DNA of 64,000 bases from an uncultured Acidobacteriota bacterium (GTDB lineage: Bacteria; Acidobacteriota; Thermoanaerobaculia; Multivoradales; UBA5704): the NCBI GenBank assembly GCA_963770895.1, contig CAVYRF010000002.1:1536001-1600000 (forward strand), given 5' to 3'. Shown here in pieces: positions 46,783 to 55,501 of this stretch (position 1 is the first letter of the stretch; the number at the start of each line of letters is the position of its first letter). Position numbers and translations under genes: made by a program. Under the pieces are notes generated by a model. The model was not told the DNA's origin, did not search any database, and was given only the letters and a program-made list of their open reading frames with translations.

Positions 46783-48369
46783 GTGATCGAGCTTCGGCGC
46801 CTGTCCGTTCTGGCGACCTTCCTCCTGGCTCTTCCCTTCCTCGTGGCGGCGCAGATCGGGCGACCGGACGGCGCGCCGGCGGGGGCGTCGCGCGGGCCCA
46901 CGGTGGTGCTCGACGGCCGTGAGCTGGCGGTTGCGGTCACCATCACCCCCAGCGGCCCGCTGTTCGCCCTCAAGCCGCTGGTCGACAGCCTAGGCGGTAC
47001 GCTGAGCAGCGACGACACCGGCGAAAGCGTCAATCTCAAGATCGAAAACACCGAAGTGGTGACCGGCGTCGGTAACGCCATCATCACGGTGGGCGAAAGC
47101 ATCGTCACCCTGTCGCAGCCGCCGGTGCGCGGCGAAACCTCGCCGCTCGTGCCGCTCGACTTTCTGCGCAAGACCTGGGGCGCGGTGTCCGGCTTCACCT
47201 TCGACTGGCGGCCCGAGGACTCGCGGCTGCTGATCGCCCGCCGCGAGGCGCGCGAGATCAGGGTGCTGCTCGACGTCGTGCACCTCCAGGGAATGACGAC
47301 CGTGGTGCTGCAGTTCCCGGAAACTCCGCGCTACCACATCAACGAGCAGGCCGGAGCGGTGGACGTGCAGCTGCTGGCCGACCGCCTGGCGCCGCCGCCG
47401 CGCAAGCGCCTCGACGACGCGTTGGTGCAGGACGTGAGCTTCGCGCCGCAGCTGGTGCACATCCAGCTGGCGCCGGACGCCGTGGTCGAGAACTACCTGC
47501 TGGACAACCCCTTCCGCCTGGTGTTCGACGTGCACCGCAAGTCGGCCGCCCCGGTGCCGGTCGCTCCCGGCGCCGCCGCCTCCGACCTGCGCGCCGCCAG
47601 CACCCGCACCATCGTCATCGACCCCGGCCACGGCGGCACCGAAACCGGCGCCATCGGACCGGGCGGCGTGCAGGAAAAAGAGCTGACCCTGATCCTCGCC
47701 CGCGACCTGGAGGCCCGGCTCACCCAGCGGCTGCCGGTGCGCGTCGTGCTGACCCGCACCGACGACTCCAAGCTGCCGCTCGACAGCCGCACCGCCATCG
47801 CCAACCAGAACAAGGCCGACCTGTTCGTGTCGCTGCACCTCAACTCCTCGCTGGGCTCCGGCGCCCATGGGGCGGAGACCTACTTCCTCAGCTCCCAGGC
47901 GACCGACACGCGCGCCGAAACCGCCGCCGCCAGCGAGAACGTCGGCGCCGCCGGAGCCGCGGCGCCGCAGGCCGCCGACGACGGGCAGGAAACGCAGGAT
48001 CTGCAGATGATCCTGTGGGATCTCGCCCAGAGCCACCACCTTTCCGAAAGCCAGCGTTTTGCCGGGCTGGTGCAGGCCGAGCTCAACCAGGCGCTCGACC
48101 TCAAGGACCGCGGCGTCAAGCAGGCGCCCTTCCGGGTGCTGATGGGCGCGGCGATGCCGGCGGTGCTGGTGGAACTGGGCTTCATCAGCAATCCCGACGA
48201 AGAGGCCAAGCTGCAAAACCCCGCCTACCGCGCCGACCTGGTGGACGCGCTGGTGCGGGCGATCGGCCGCTACCTGGAGACGCCGCAGCCCGATACGCGC
48301 TCGGCGCCGCCGCTGCCGCCCCCGCAAGGGGCGGTGCGCTCCAACCCGAGCGCACCCACCCCGCCATGA
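46783..48369 (+). CDS. N-acetylmuramoyl-L-alanine amidase (Amidase_3 with AMIN-like N-terminal region)
   Basis: IVIDPGHGG, EKEL.L, LFVSLHLNS, PAVLVELGFISN. Confidence 0.93.
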   Translation: MIELRRLSVLATFLLALPFLVAAQIGRPDGAPAGASRGPTVVLDGRELAVAVTITPSGPLFALKPLVDSLGGTLSSDDTGESVNLKIENTEVVTGVGNAIITVGESIVTLSQPPVRGETSPLVPLDFLRKTWGAVSGFTFDWRPEDSRLLIARREAREIRVLLDVVHLQGMTTVVLQFPETPRYHINEQAGAVDVQLLADRLAPPPRKRLDDALVQDVSFAPQLVHIQLAPDAVVENYLLDNPFRLVFDVHRKSAAPVPVAPGAAASDLRAASTRTIVIDPGHGGTETGAIGPGGVQEKELTLILARDLEARLTQRLPVRVVLTRTDDSKLPLDSRTAIANQNKADLFVSLHLNSSLGSGAHGAETYFLSSQATDTRAETAAASENVGAAGAAAPQAADDGQETQDLQMILWDLAQSHHLSESQRFAGLVQAELNQALDLKDRGVKQAPFRVLMGAAMPAVLVELGFISNPDEEAKLQNPAYRADLVDALVRAIGRYLETPQPDTRSAPPLPPPQGAVRSNPSAPTPP

Positions 48370-49097
48370 GCCGGCGAGCGGCAGGGTGGGTGCTGGGCAT
48401 TGCCTTGCTCCTGGTCGCCGGCAGCCTCGCCTGGTGGTGGCACGCCGGCCACTCCGGCGGCCGCCGCGGGCGGCACGGTGCGGCCGGGGCCGACGCCGAC
48501 AGCGGCGGCGCCAACCTGGAGCGCCGGGCGTTCGACCTCTACTTTCCCAGCGGTGCCGGCCTGCGCGCCGAGCGCCGCGAGCTGCAGGTTGCCGACTCGC
48601 CCCAGGACCGCATCCGCAAGATCCTGACGGCGCTGCTCGCCGGACCCACCACGGCGGCCCCCGCCCCCGCCGTCACCGCGCCGGCCAAATCGCCGGCGGC
48701 GCCGGGGGTCAACGCGCCGGCGCCGGCCGCTCCGGCAGCTGCCGCGCCCACGGCATCCACACCGGCGGCGGCGCCCGACGCGCGGGGTGGGACGGCCGCC
48801 ACCGCGTCCGACCTGGTGCGCCCGTTCCCACCCGAGGTGAAGCTGGGGGCCGTCGAGCTTTCAGCCGACGGCACCGCCTTTGTCGACCTGCGCTGGCAGG
48901 ATCACGAAGATCCGCCCGAATCCGGCTCGACGGAGGAGCTCCAGCGCGTGTACAGCCTGGTGAACTCCCTGGCGCTCAACGTGCCGCAGGTCGTCCGCGT
49001 GGTGCTGCTGTGGAACGGCACCCAGCGCGTCACCTTCTCCGGCCACCTGGACACCAGCCGCCCGCTGGTCGCGGACCGCACCCTGCTGGCGCCCTGA
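48366..49097 (+). CDS. GerMN-domain protein
   Basis: N-terminal TM segment; LYFP, ALLAGP, AFVDL, GSTEE..VYSLVNSL, T.SGHLD. Confidence 0.85.
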   Translation: MSRRAAGWVLGIALLLVAGSLAWWWHAGHSGGRRGRHGAAGADADSGGANLERRAFDLYFPSGAGLRAERRELQVADSPQDRIRKILTALLAGPTTAAPAPAVTAPAKSPAAPGVNAPAPAAPAAAAPTASTPAAAPDARGGTAATASDLVRPFPPEVKLGAVELSADGTAFVDLRWQDHEDPPESGSTEELQRVYSLVNSLALNVPQVVRVVLLWNGTQRVTFSGHLDTSRPLVADRTLLAP

Positions 49098-49145
49098 GGC
49101 GCCCACACTCCGGCCAGGCCGCCACCCGGTTTCCCGAAGCTCACC

Positions 49146-49931
49146 ATGGACGCGATCGGCGTATTCGATTCGGGCGTGGGCGGCCTGACCGTGGTGGCGG
49201 CCCTGCGCCGCCGCCTGCCGCGGGAGTCCATCCTCTACCTGGGCGACACGGCGCGCCTGCCGTACGGCTCCAAGTCGCAGGCGACGGTGACCCGCTACAC
49301 CGAAAAGAACGTCGGCTTCCTGGTCGAGCGCAAGGTCAAGGCGGTGGTCGTGGCGTGCAACACGGCTTCGGCCCTGGCGCTGCCGGCGCTCACCCTGGAC
49401 GTGCCGACCTGGGGAGTGGTGGAGCCCGGCGCCGAGCGTGCGGCGGCCCTCAGCCGGGGCCGCGTCGGCATCGTCGCCACCGCCGCGACGGTGCGCTCCG
49501 ACGCCTATGCGCAGGCGCTGCGGCGGCGCCGGCCGGACCTGGCGATCACCAGCCGCGCCTGTCCGCTGTTCGTGCCGCTGGTCGAAGAAGGCTGGCACGA
49601 CGACCCGCTCACCGAGCAGGTCGCCAACCGCTACCTGCAGCCGCTGCTGGCCACCGGCATCGATACCCTGGTCCTGGGCTGCACCCACTATCCGCTCCTG
49701 ACGCCCGTGCTGCGCCGGGTCGCCGGTCCCGACGTCACCCTGGTCGATTCCGCCGAAGCCGTCGCCGAAGCCGTCGCCAGCGGCCTTGCGGCGACCGGAC
49801 TGGCCGCCGCCGCCGACCACCAACCCACCCTGCGCCTGTGCGTCACCGACGCCAGCGAAGGTTTTCAGGAGCTGGCGCGCCGCATCCTTGCCGCCCCCGG
49901 CCTGGTCCTGGAGTGGGTGGAGGTTACTTAG
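49146..49931 (+). CDS. murI: Glutamate racemase
   Basis: IGVFDSGVGGLTV, PYGSKS, ACNTAS, LGCTHYP. Confidence 0.96.
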   Translation: MDAIGVFDSGVGGLTVVAALRRRLPRESILYLGDTARLPYGSKSQATVTRYTEKNVGFLVERKVKAVVVACNTASALALPALTLDVPTWGVVEPGAERAAALSRGRVGIVATAATVRSDAYAQALRRRRPDLAITSRACPLFVPLVEEGWHDDPLTEQVANRYLQPLLATGIDTLVLGCTHYPLLTPVLRRVAGPDVTLVDSAEAVAEAVASGLAATGLAAAADHQPTLRLCVTDASEGFQELARRILAAPGLVLEWVEVT

Positions 49932-50955
49932 TGTCGCTAGTGTCGCCAGTAGTCCGCTGGCCCAGGTTCGCCAAGTCGCGCACGGCAGGCAGCAGGCCGA
50001 AGCCGTCCGCTTCGCGCACCGCGACCAGGATGGCTTCGGCGATCGCCAACTCGGCGAGCACGCCGATCTGATGGACATGCGCGGGGCGCTCGCCGGTGGC
50101 CAGGGTGACGACCAGGTCGCCGTCGTACAGCGTCAGCGCCGGCGCCAGCGCCCGATAGAGGCCGCCGAAGCCCATCTGGCACACCTTGAGCGCCGCCCGC
50201 TTGCTGAGCGCCGCGTCGGTCAGCACCACCGCCAGGGTGGTGTTGCCCTCCCACGGCCCCTGCGCGCCGGGGGGCAGCGCCGCCAGCACTCGCTGGGCGC
50301 CCACCAACCGCGGCGAATCCGCGCCGGCGCGGCTACCCGCCACGACGTCGCCCGTCGCCGGATCGCGCACGTCGCCAAACGCATTGACCGCCACCAGCGC
50401 CGCCACCGTGGGGCCACCGGGACAGGTGAGGCTGGCAAAGCCGATGCCGCCCTTCATCCCGCACTCCCGGCCCAGCGCCTTGCCGACCGTCGCCCCCGTC
50501 CCCGCCCCGACGCTGCCCACCGCCACCGGCCCCGCCGCAGCCGAGCGCAGCGCCGCTTCCGCCAGCGTCCTGCCGGGCCGCGCCCGCGGATCGCCAAAGC
50601 CCAGGTCGAACAGGATCGCCGTCGGCACCAGCGGCACCCTCGCCACTCCGGCGTCGAAGCCGTGCCCCGACCGCTCCAGGCTCTCCACCACCGCATCCGC
50701 CGCCGCCAGCCCAAACCCGCTGCCGCCAGCCAGGACCAGCGCATGGGCGCGCGTCGCCAGGTGATGCTGGCCCACCAGCGAATCGAACTGTCGCGTCCCC
50801 GTCGCCGACCCCCGCAGCTCCGCCGCCGCCACCGCCCCCTCCGGGCAGAGCACCACCGACACCCCCGTCATCCCCACGCGATCCGATCCGTGGCCGATGG
50901 TGAAGCCGCGAATCGACAGCTCACGAGACGCGCTGGGCAGAGCTGGAAATTCCAT
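49924..50955 (-). CDS. P1/S58 (DmpA-like) peptidase
   Basis: LAGGSGFGL, GSVGAGTGA, MKGGIG, VNAFGD, NTTL, DGD motifs. Confidence 0.88.
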   Translation of the reverse strand: MEFPALPSASRELSIRGFTIGHGSDRVGMTGVSVVLCPEGAVAAAELRGSATGTRQFDSLVGQHHLATRAHALVLAGGSGFGLAAADAVVESLERSGHGFDAGVARVPLVPTAILFDLGFGDPRARPGRTLAEAALRSAAAGPVAVGSVGAGTGATVGKALGRECGMKGGIGFASLTCPGGPTVAALVAVNAFGDVRDPATGDVVAGSRAGADSPRLVGAQRVLAALPPGAQGPWEGNTTLAVVLTDAALSKRAALKVCQMGFGGLYRALAPALTLYDGDLVVTLATGERPAHVHQIGVLAELAIAEAILVAVREADGFGLLPAVRDLANLGQRTTGDTSDTK

Positions 50956-51011
50956 GCGCCTATGGTACCCCGCCGCATCGGCGGTTGCGGGCCGGCGGCA
51001 GGAGACCGCCG

Positions 51012-52805
51012 TTGAGGACGCGAGCGGCGACCGTCCTGGTGGTGCTGCTCGCCGCCGCCAACCTGGCGCTGGCTGCCGCCGCCTGGACCCGCCAGCCCTG
51101 GGCCAACGGGCCCGCCGAATGGCGCTGGCAGTTCGTCACCGCAGACGCCCCGGCTGCGGGCGTTCGGGCGGCGGCTGGCGCTCCCCCCGGCCAACCGGCG
51201 CCGGCGGCCGGGGCTCCCCAGGCGCCGACGGGGGGCGGATCGCCGGCCGCACCGTCGGCGGATCGATGGCGGGCTGGCGGTGCGCTCGCCGTGGCGCTGG
51301 TCGGGCTGGGCATCCTGACCGCGCGCCGCGACCGCGCCGCCGGACGCCTGGCCCTGGCGCTCGCCATCGCCTGCGGCGCCACATTCACCTTTGCGCTTGT
51401 CGCCCTGCAGCCCGGAGGGTTTGCGCGCGTCGTCGCTGCCCTGGTTTCTCGCAACAGCTTCGGCTACCTGTGGGATGCCGCCCTCGCACCGCCCAGCCGG
51501 GCTCTGCTTGCCGACTACCCCGCCGCCAGTGAAGGGCTGAACCAGCATTCCGTAACGCATCCCCCGGGCCCCATCCTGGCAGTCCGCGCTTTGGCGTGGA
51601 TCGATCACCTGCTGCCTCAGCCGGAGGGGCCGCCCCGCGACGGCGCGGCTGCGGGGCCGCAGCGGGCGCCTGCCGGCGCGAGCGGCGCGGAGGAAACCGC
51701 GGCAAACGCGGGCGCACCAGCCATGAACGCGGCGACGCCGGGCCTGCCCGCCCTGGCCGCCGCCGCGGTCGCGCGGGAAGTCGAACGCGCCCGCAACCAC
51801 CGGCGGCCGGTGCCCGCGGCGCCGCCCGGCGCCTGGAGCGTCACCGCGTTCGCCCTGCTGCTGCCGCTGCTGTCTGCCCTGGCCGCCTGGCCGCTCTACC
51901 GCCTGGCCCTGGCCCTGGGCTGCGCGCCGCCCACCGCGCTGCTGGCCGCCCTGCTCTGGCTGCTGGTGCCCGCCCGTTCGCTCTTCACGCCCTCCTTCGA
52001 CCAGGCCCTGCCGCTGCCGCTGATCGGTGCCGCCGCCCTGGCCGCCGGCGCCGGCGCGGCCTGCGTTCAGCCCGCGCGCCGGGGCCGCGCGCTCTGCTGG
52101 CCTGCCGTCGCCGCGGGCCTGCTGCAGTTCGTCGCCTGCTTCCTCAGCTACGGCAGCCTGCCGATGCTGCCGCTCATCCTGGCCATCGCCCTCGCCACGG
52201 CCATCGCCATCGCCGCGGCCGGCGCAAGCGCCGCCGCCACGGCCCGTCCAGACGGCTGGATGTCGACCGCCGTCCGCCAGGCGCGCCTGGCGCGCAGGAT
52301 CCAGCCGCGCCTGTGGTGGTCGCTTGCCCTGGGCTTTGCCCTGCCCTACCTGGCGCTGGCGGCGCTGGGCCACAACCCCGTCCAGGCGCTGCGCGCCGCG
52401 CTCGCCCTGCACCGCCAGATCGCCGTCGAGCCGCGCAGCTACGGCACCTGGCTGCTGTGGAACCCCTACGACTTCGCCCTGCTCCTTTCGCCTGCCATCC
52501 TCGGCCTGGCCGCCATGGCGCTGTCTCCCCGCGCCGCCGGCACCGAAGATCCGCCCCCGCCCCGTTGCAAGGCTCTGCTGCTGCCCGCCTGGACCTGGTG
52601 CGGCCTGCTGGCGCTGCTCTGGATCTCCGGCAGCGTGCGCGGCGAAGTCGGCAGGATCTGGCTCCCCTGGATGCCCTTCGCCTGCCTGTTTGCCGCCGCG
52701 ATCCTGGCGCACCGGCGCCCCCGCGGCCTGCTTGTGGTCTTCGTCGTCGCCACCCTGGCCGCCCTGACGCTGGCCCTGGCCGGCAGCATGGTTTTCGTGG
52801 GCTGA
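51012..52805 (+). CDS. Polytopic membrane protein, GT-C glycosyltransferase-like
   Basis: Many TM segments; THPPGP, GEVGRIWLPW; TTG start after AGGAG. Confidence 0.6.
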   Translation: MRTRAATVLVVLLAAANLALAAAAWTRQPWANGPAEWRWQFVTADAPAAGVRAAAGAPPGQPAPAAGAPQAPTGGGSPAAPSADRWRAGGALAVALVGLGILTARRDRAAGRLALALAIACGATFTFALVALQPGGFARVVAALVSRNSFGYLWDAALAPPSRALLADYPAASEGLNQHSVTHPPGPILAVRALAWIDHLLPQPEGPPRDGAAAGPQRAPAGASGAEETAANAGAPAMNAATPGLPALAAAAVAREVERARNHRRPVPAAPPGAWSVTAFALLLPLLSALAAWPLYRLALALGCAPPTALLAALLWLLVPARSLFTPSFDQALPLPLIGAAALAAGAGAACVQPARRGRALCWPAVAAGLLQFVACFLSYGSLPMLPLILAIALATAIAIAAAGASAAATARPDGWMSTAVRQARLARRIQPRLWWSLALGFALPYLALAALGHNPVQALRAALALHRQIAVEPRSYGTWLLWNPYDFALLLSPAILGLAAMALSPRAAGTEDPPPPRCKALLLPAWTWCGLLALLWISGSVRGEVGRIWLPWMPFACLFAAAILAHRRPRGLLVVFVVATLAALTLALAGSMVFVG

Positions 52806-52809
52806 ACGC

Positions 52810-52842
52810 AAAACGTCCCGGAGGCGCAAGCCCCCGGGACGT
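52810..52842 (-). terminator. Rho-independent terminator between convergent genes
   Basis: ACGTCCCGG-AGGC-GCAA-GCCC-CCGGGACGT hairpin with a T-tract on the minus strand. Confidence 0.6.
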
Positions 52843-52919
52843 GATCGGTTGCGGTACGGCACCGGCCGCGGTTGCGGTCGAGCGCGCGACGGCGCTCGCG
52901 CAACGCGCCGCCGGCCGCG

Positions 52920-54272
52920 CTATTGCGGTGCGAGCACCACGCTCAGGTTGGCATAGCTCCATGTAACGGGCGGATAGTAGGCGCCGTCGCCGATTCCGGT
53001 CTGGCCGAAGTCGAGCTCCAGCGGGTTGCTGTTGGCGCTCATGTCGAGCCACTGGGCGGGGCCGGCGATGGTATAGATCACCGCACCGCCGGAGGAAACC
53101 TGCAGCTGGCACTGGCGGATGGTCAGGTCGTAGGTCAGGGTCAGGTGATAGGAGCTGTTCGACTTCCAGGGTCCTTGGGTGCGTGCGAAATCATTCTCGA
53201 TACCGAGGTCCAGGATCGTCTTGCTGTTGCGATTGACGATCTGGATGGCACAGAACGGCTCGCGCAGGGCGCGCTGATTGGAAGGGCGGCGGAACGCCAT
53301 GACGCCGGTGAACAGCCCGACCGGGAAGGTGCCGATATGGAGATCGAAATCGACCGTCGCCTTCTTGTACGCGACACCCACCGGCGCCGGCAGCGTGTAC
53401 AGCTGCTCCGAATCGGCCTGCGTCGCGGTCAGGAACGTCCCCGGCACGTCAAACGTCACGTCGCCGGCGCCGGTGGGACCGCTGCCGCCACCGCCGGCCG
53501 CGAGAGGCGGACCGATGGTGCCGGACAGGTCCGTGGACGGACCGACCACGGTGATCGCGGGTCCGCCCGGCGTGTACACCGTCGCAAAGGCATAGAACGG
53601 CTGGTTGCAGGTGGCCACGATGCGGGCGTCGCTCGCCGCGGATTCGCCCACCGCCGACAGCACGTCCGGGAAATCGCGGCGCGAAAACGTCGTCACCGAC
53701 AGCGTCGCCGGCGCCGCCAGCAGCCCGCCGGTCGATGCGAACGCCGCCACCGTGCACTGGGCCGCGGCCGAACCGAGATTGACCAGCGAATAGTCGGTGA
53801 TCGTCCCCGTCGCGGCGCGCTGCAGCCCCTGCACCTCCAGCATGCCGCCCGCCGCCGTCGCCGTCTGCTGGGTGATGGTCGGCAGGCTGGCGATGCCCAC
53901 CAGGTTGCCGTTGGCGTCCGACACCTCCATCCGCGCGCCCACCAGCAACAGGGTGGTGGCGCTGTTGACCGCCAGCAGGCCGGTCTGGCCCTGGGGCGCG
54001 ACACCGGCCAGCACCGTGGTGCCGCTCGCCGCCGCGAAGATGTTGCCTGAGGGTGGCGCGGTCGTGCCGTCGGTGCCTTCCTGGATGAAGGTGGTGGTGA
54101 AGTGGTGGGTGGCCGTGTCGGGGTTGGTGACCCAGACCTTGGTGGCGTAGTTGGCGCCCTGAATGGACGTGTTGCTGGCCAGCGGCACGAACACCGTGCC
54201 GGCCGACGCAGGGGCCGCCAGCGCCCCGAGGATAGGGAGCAGCAGCGCCAGGGGAGCTTGCAACTTTTTCAC
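52920..54272 (-). CDS. Secreted beta-rich hypothetical protein
   Basis: AGGAGG RBS, GTG start, signal peptide ending PASA; VFVP...NYATKVWVTNP domain. Confidence 0.75.
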   Translation of the reverse strand: MKKLQAPLALLLPILGALAAPASAGTVFVPLASNTSIQGANYATKVWVTNPDTATHHFTTTFIQEGTDGTTAPPSGNIFAAASGTTVLAGVAPQGQTGLLAVNSATTLLLVGARMEVSDANGNLVGIASLPTITQQTATAAGGMLEVQGLQRAATGTITDYSLVNLGSAAAQCTVAAFASTGGLLAAPATLSVTTFSRRDFPDVLSAVGESAASDARIVATCNQPFYAFATVYTPGGPAITVVGPSTDLSGTIGPPLAAGGGGSGPTGAGDVTFDVPGTFLTATQADSEQLYTLPAPVGVAYKKATVDFDLHIGTFPVGLFTGVMAFRRPSNQRALREPFCAIQIVNRNSKTILDLGIENDFARTQGPWKSNSSYHLTLTYDLTIRQCQLQVSSGGAVIYTIAGPAQWLDMSANSNPLELDFGQTGIGDGAYYPPVTWSYANLSVVLAPQ

Positions 54273-54468
54273 TGCGATCCTCCTGTGAGTCTGGGGGCAC
54301 GGCACGTTCATCCGTCCCCCGTCGATGGGCCTGCGGGCCTGGGGCGCAAATTTGCTCCGCATTCTAAGATACACGGCGTCTCTATGCAATCAAAAATGTG
54401 CAATCCCGGCAGCGCGTCCGGCGCGCCAGCTGCCGTCATGGTGTGTCGCCCGCGGTGGGCGAGCTGCG

Positions 54469-54499
54469 CCGCGAGAGGGCAGGGGGTGCCCTCTCGCGG
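54469..54499 (-). terminator. 13-bp hairpin just downstream of the precursor peptide gene
   Basis: CCGCGAGAGGGCA-GGGGG-TGCCCTCTCGCGG. Confidence 0.6.
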
Positions 54500-54507
54500 T
54501 CACAGGG

Positions 54508-54687
54508 TCAGCAGTAGATGCTGCTGCAGGTGTTGCGGGAATTGCAGGTGCAGCCGCAACCCGCGGTGCCGCCGGGGTTGATGGAGGTGGTGCCGGCGCC
54601 GCCGATCACGGTCGACAGGGGCTGATCGAGCTGGCACAGGGTCTCGGTGGCGAGCTGCAGCTTCTGTTCTCTAGACTTCCTCTTCAT
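54508..54687 (-). CDS. Putative RiPP (class I lanthipeptide-like) precursor, 59 aa
   Basis: MKRKSREQKLQLATETLCQLDQPLSTVIGG|AGTTSINPGGTAGCGCTCNSRNTCSSIYC; GAGGAG RBS. Confidence 0.75.
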   Translation of the reverse strand: MKRKSREQKLQLATETLCQLDQPLSTVIGGAGTTSINPGGTAGCGCTCNSRNTCSSIYC

Positions 54688-54978
54688 GGCAGGGTCTCCT
54701 CGTAAAAATCGTGGAAGCGGATGCAATCCACGAAAACATGCGATCGCGAATCAATAAAAATAAGTGTTCTCGGCGTCAGTTTCAGGGACGCCGGCCGGCG
54801 TGTTGCCGTGACCGCCGGGTTGCAGAGCGACGCGTTCACGACTACCCTATTGGGCCGGCAATGGGGCCGCGCTCTGCCCGCGCAGAGCAGATCAAGCCCG
54901 GCGCCAGGTTGCAGAACCGTCGCAGGTGCGCAAGCAGCTCCGATCCAGCGTCGAAAGGTCGAGGAAAGCAAAAAAACG

Positions 54979-55500
54979 ATGCCCGAGGTCAGCGAGGTCG
55001 CGATGACGGCGCCCGCCGCCCCCGTCCCACCGGTGTGGGACTGGCGGGCGGCCGCAGGCCCGGCGCGCACGGCCGGCGCCGGCGGCGCCACTCCGGGCAG
55101 CGCCGCCGCGGCGCGCGCCGCCCGCGTGCAGGGGGCGATCGGCGGCGCCGTCGGCTTGGGCGTCGCCGCGGCGCTGGCCCTGCTGCTGCACCGCCGCGGC
55201 ATGGCGATGGTGGTGGCGGCCGTGGCCGTGGCCGTCGCGCTGTGCGCCCTGCTGTCTCCGCTCGGCCTCTATCGCGGTTTGCGCCGCGCGCTCGACCGCT
55301 TCGGGTCGGGGGTCGGCACGGTGGTGACCTGGCTGACGATGACGCTGGTTTTCTACCTGATGTTCGTGCCGGTCGGTCTCATCCTGCGGGCCGCCGGCAA
55401 GCTCTCGTTGACCCGTTTCGCGGACCCGTCGCGAGCCACCTACTGGACGCCGACGGACGACCGGCCCCACACCGCCGACTCCTACCGCAAGCAGTTCTGA
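54979..55500 (+). CDS. SxtJ-family membrane protein
   Basis: TM segments, FYLMFVPVGLILR..GK, C-terminal YW...YRKQF; directly upstream of a carbamoyltransferase. Confidence 0.8.
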   Translation: MPEVSEVAMTAPAAPVPPVWDWRAAAGPARTAGAGGATPGSAAAARAARVQGAIGGAVGLGVAAALALLLHRRGMAMVVAAVAVAVALCALLSPLGLYRGLRRALDRFGSGVGTVVTWLTMTLVFYLMFVPVGLILRAAGKLSLTRFADPSRATYWTPTDDRPHTADSYRKQF

Positions 55501-55501
55501 C

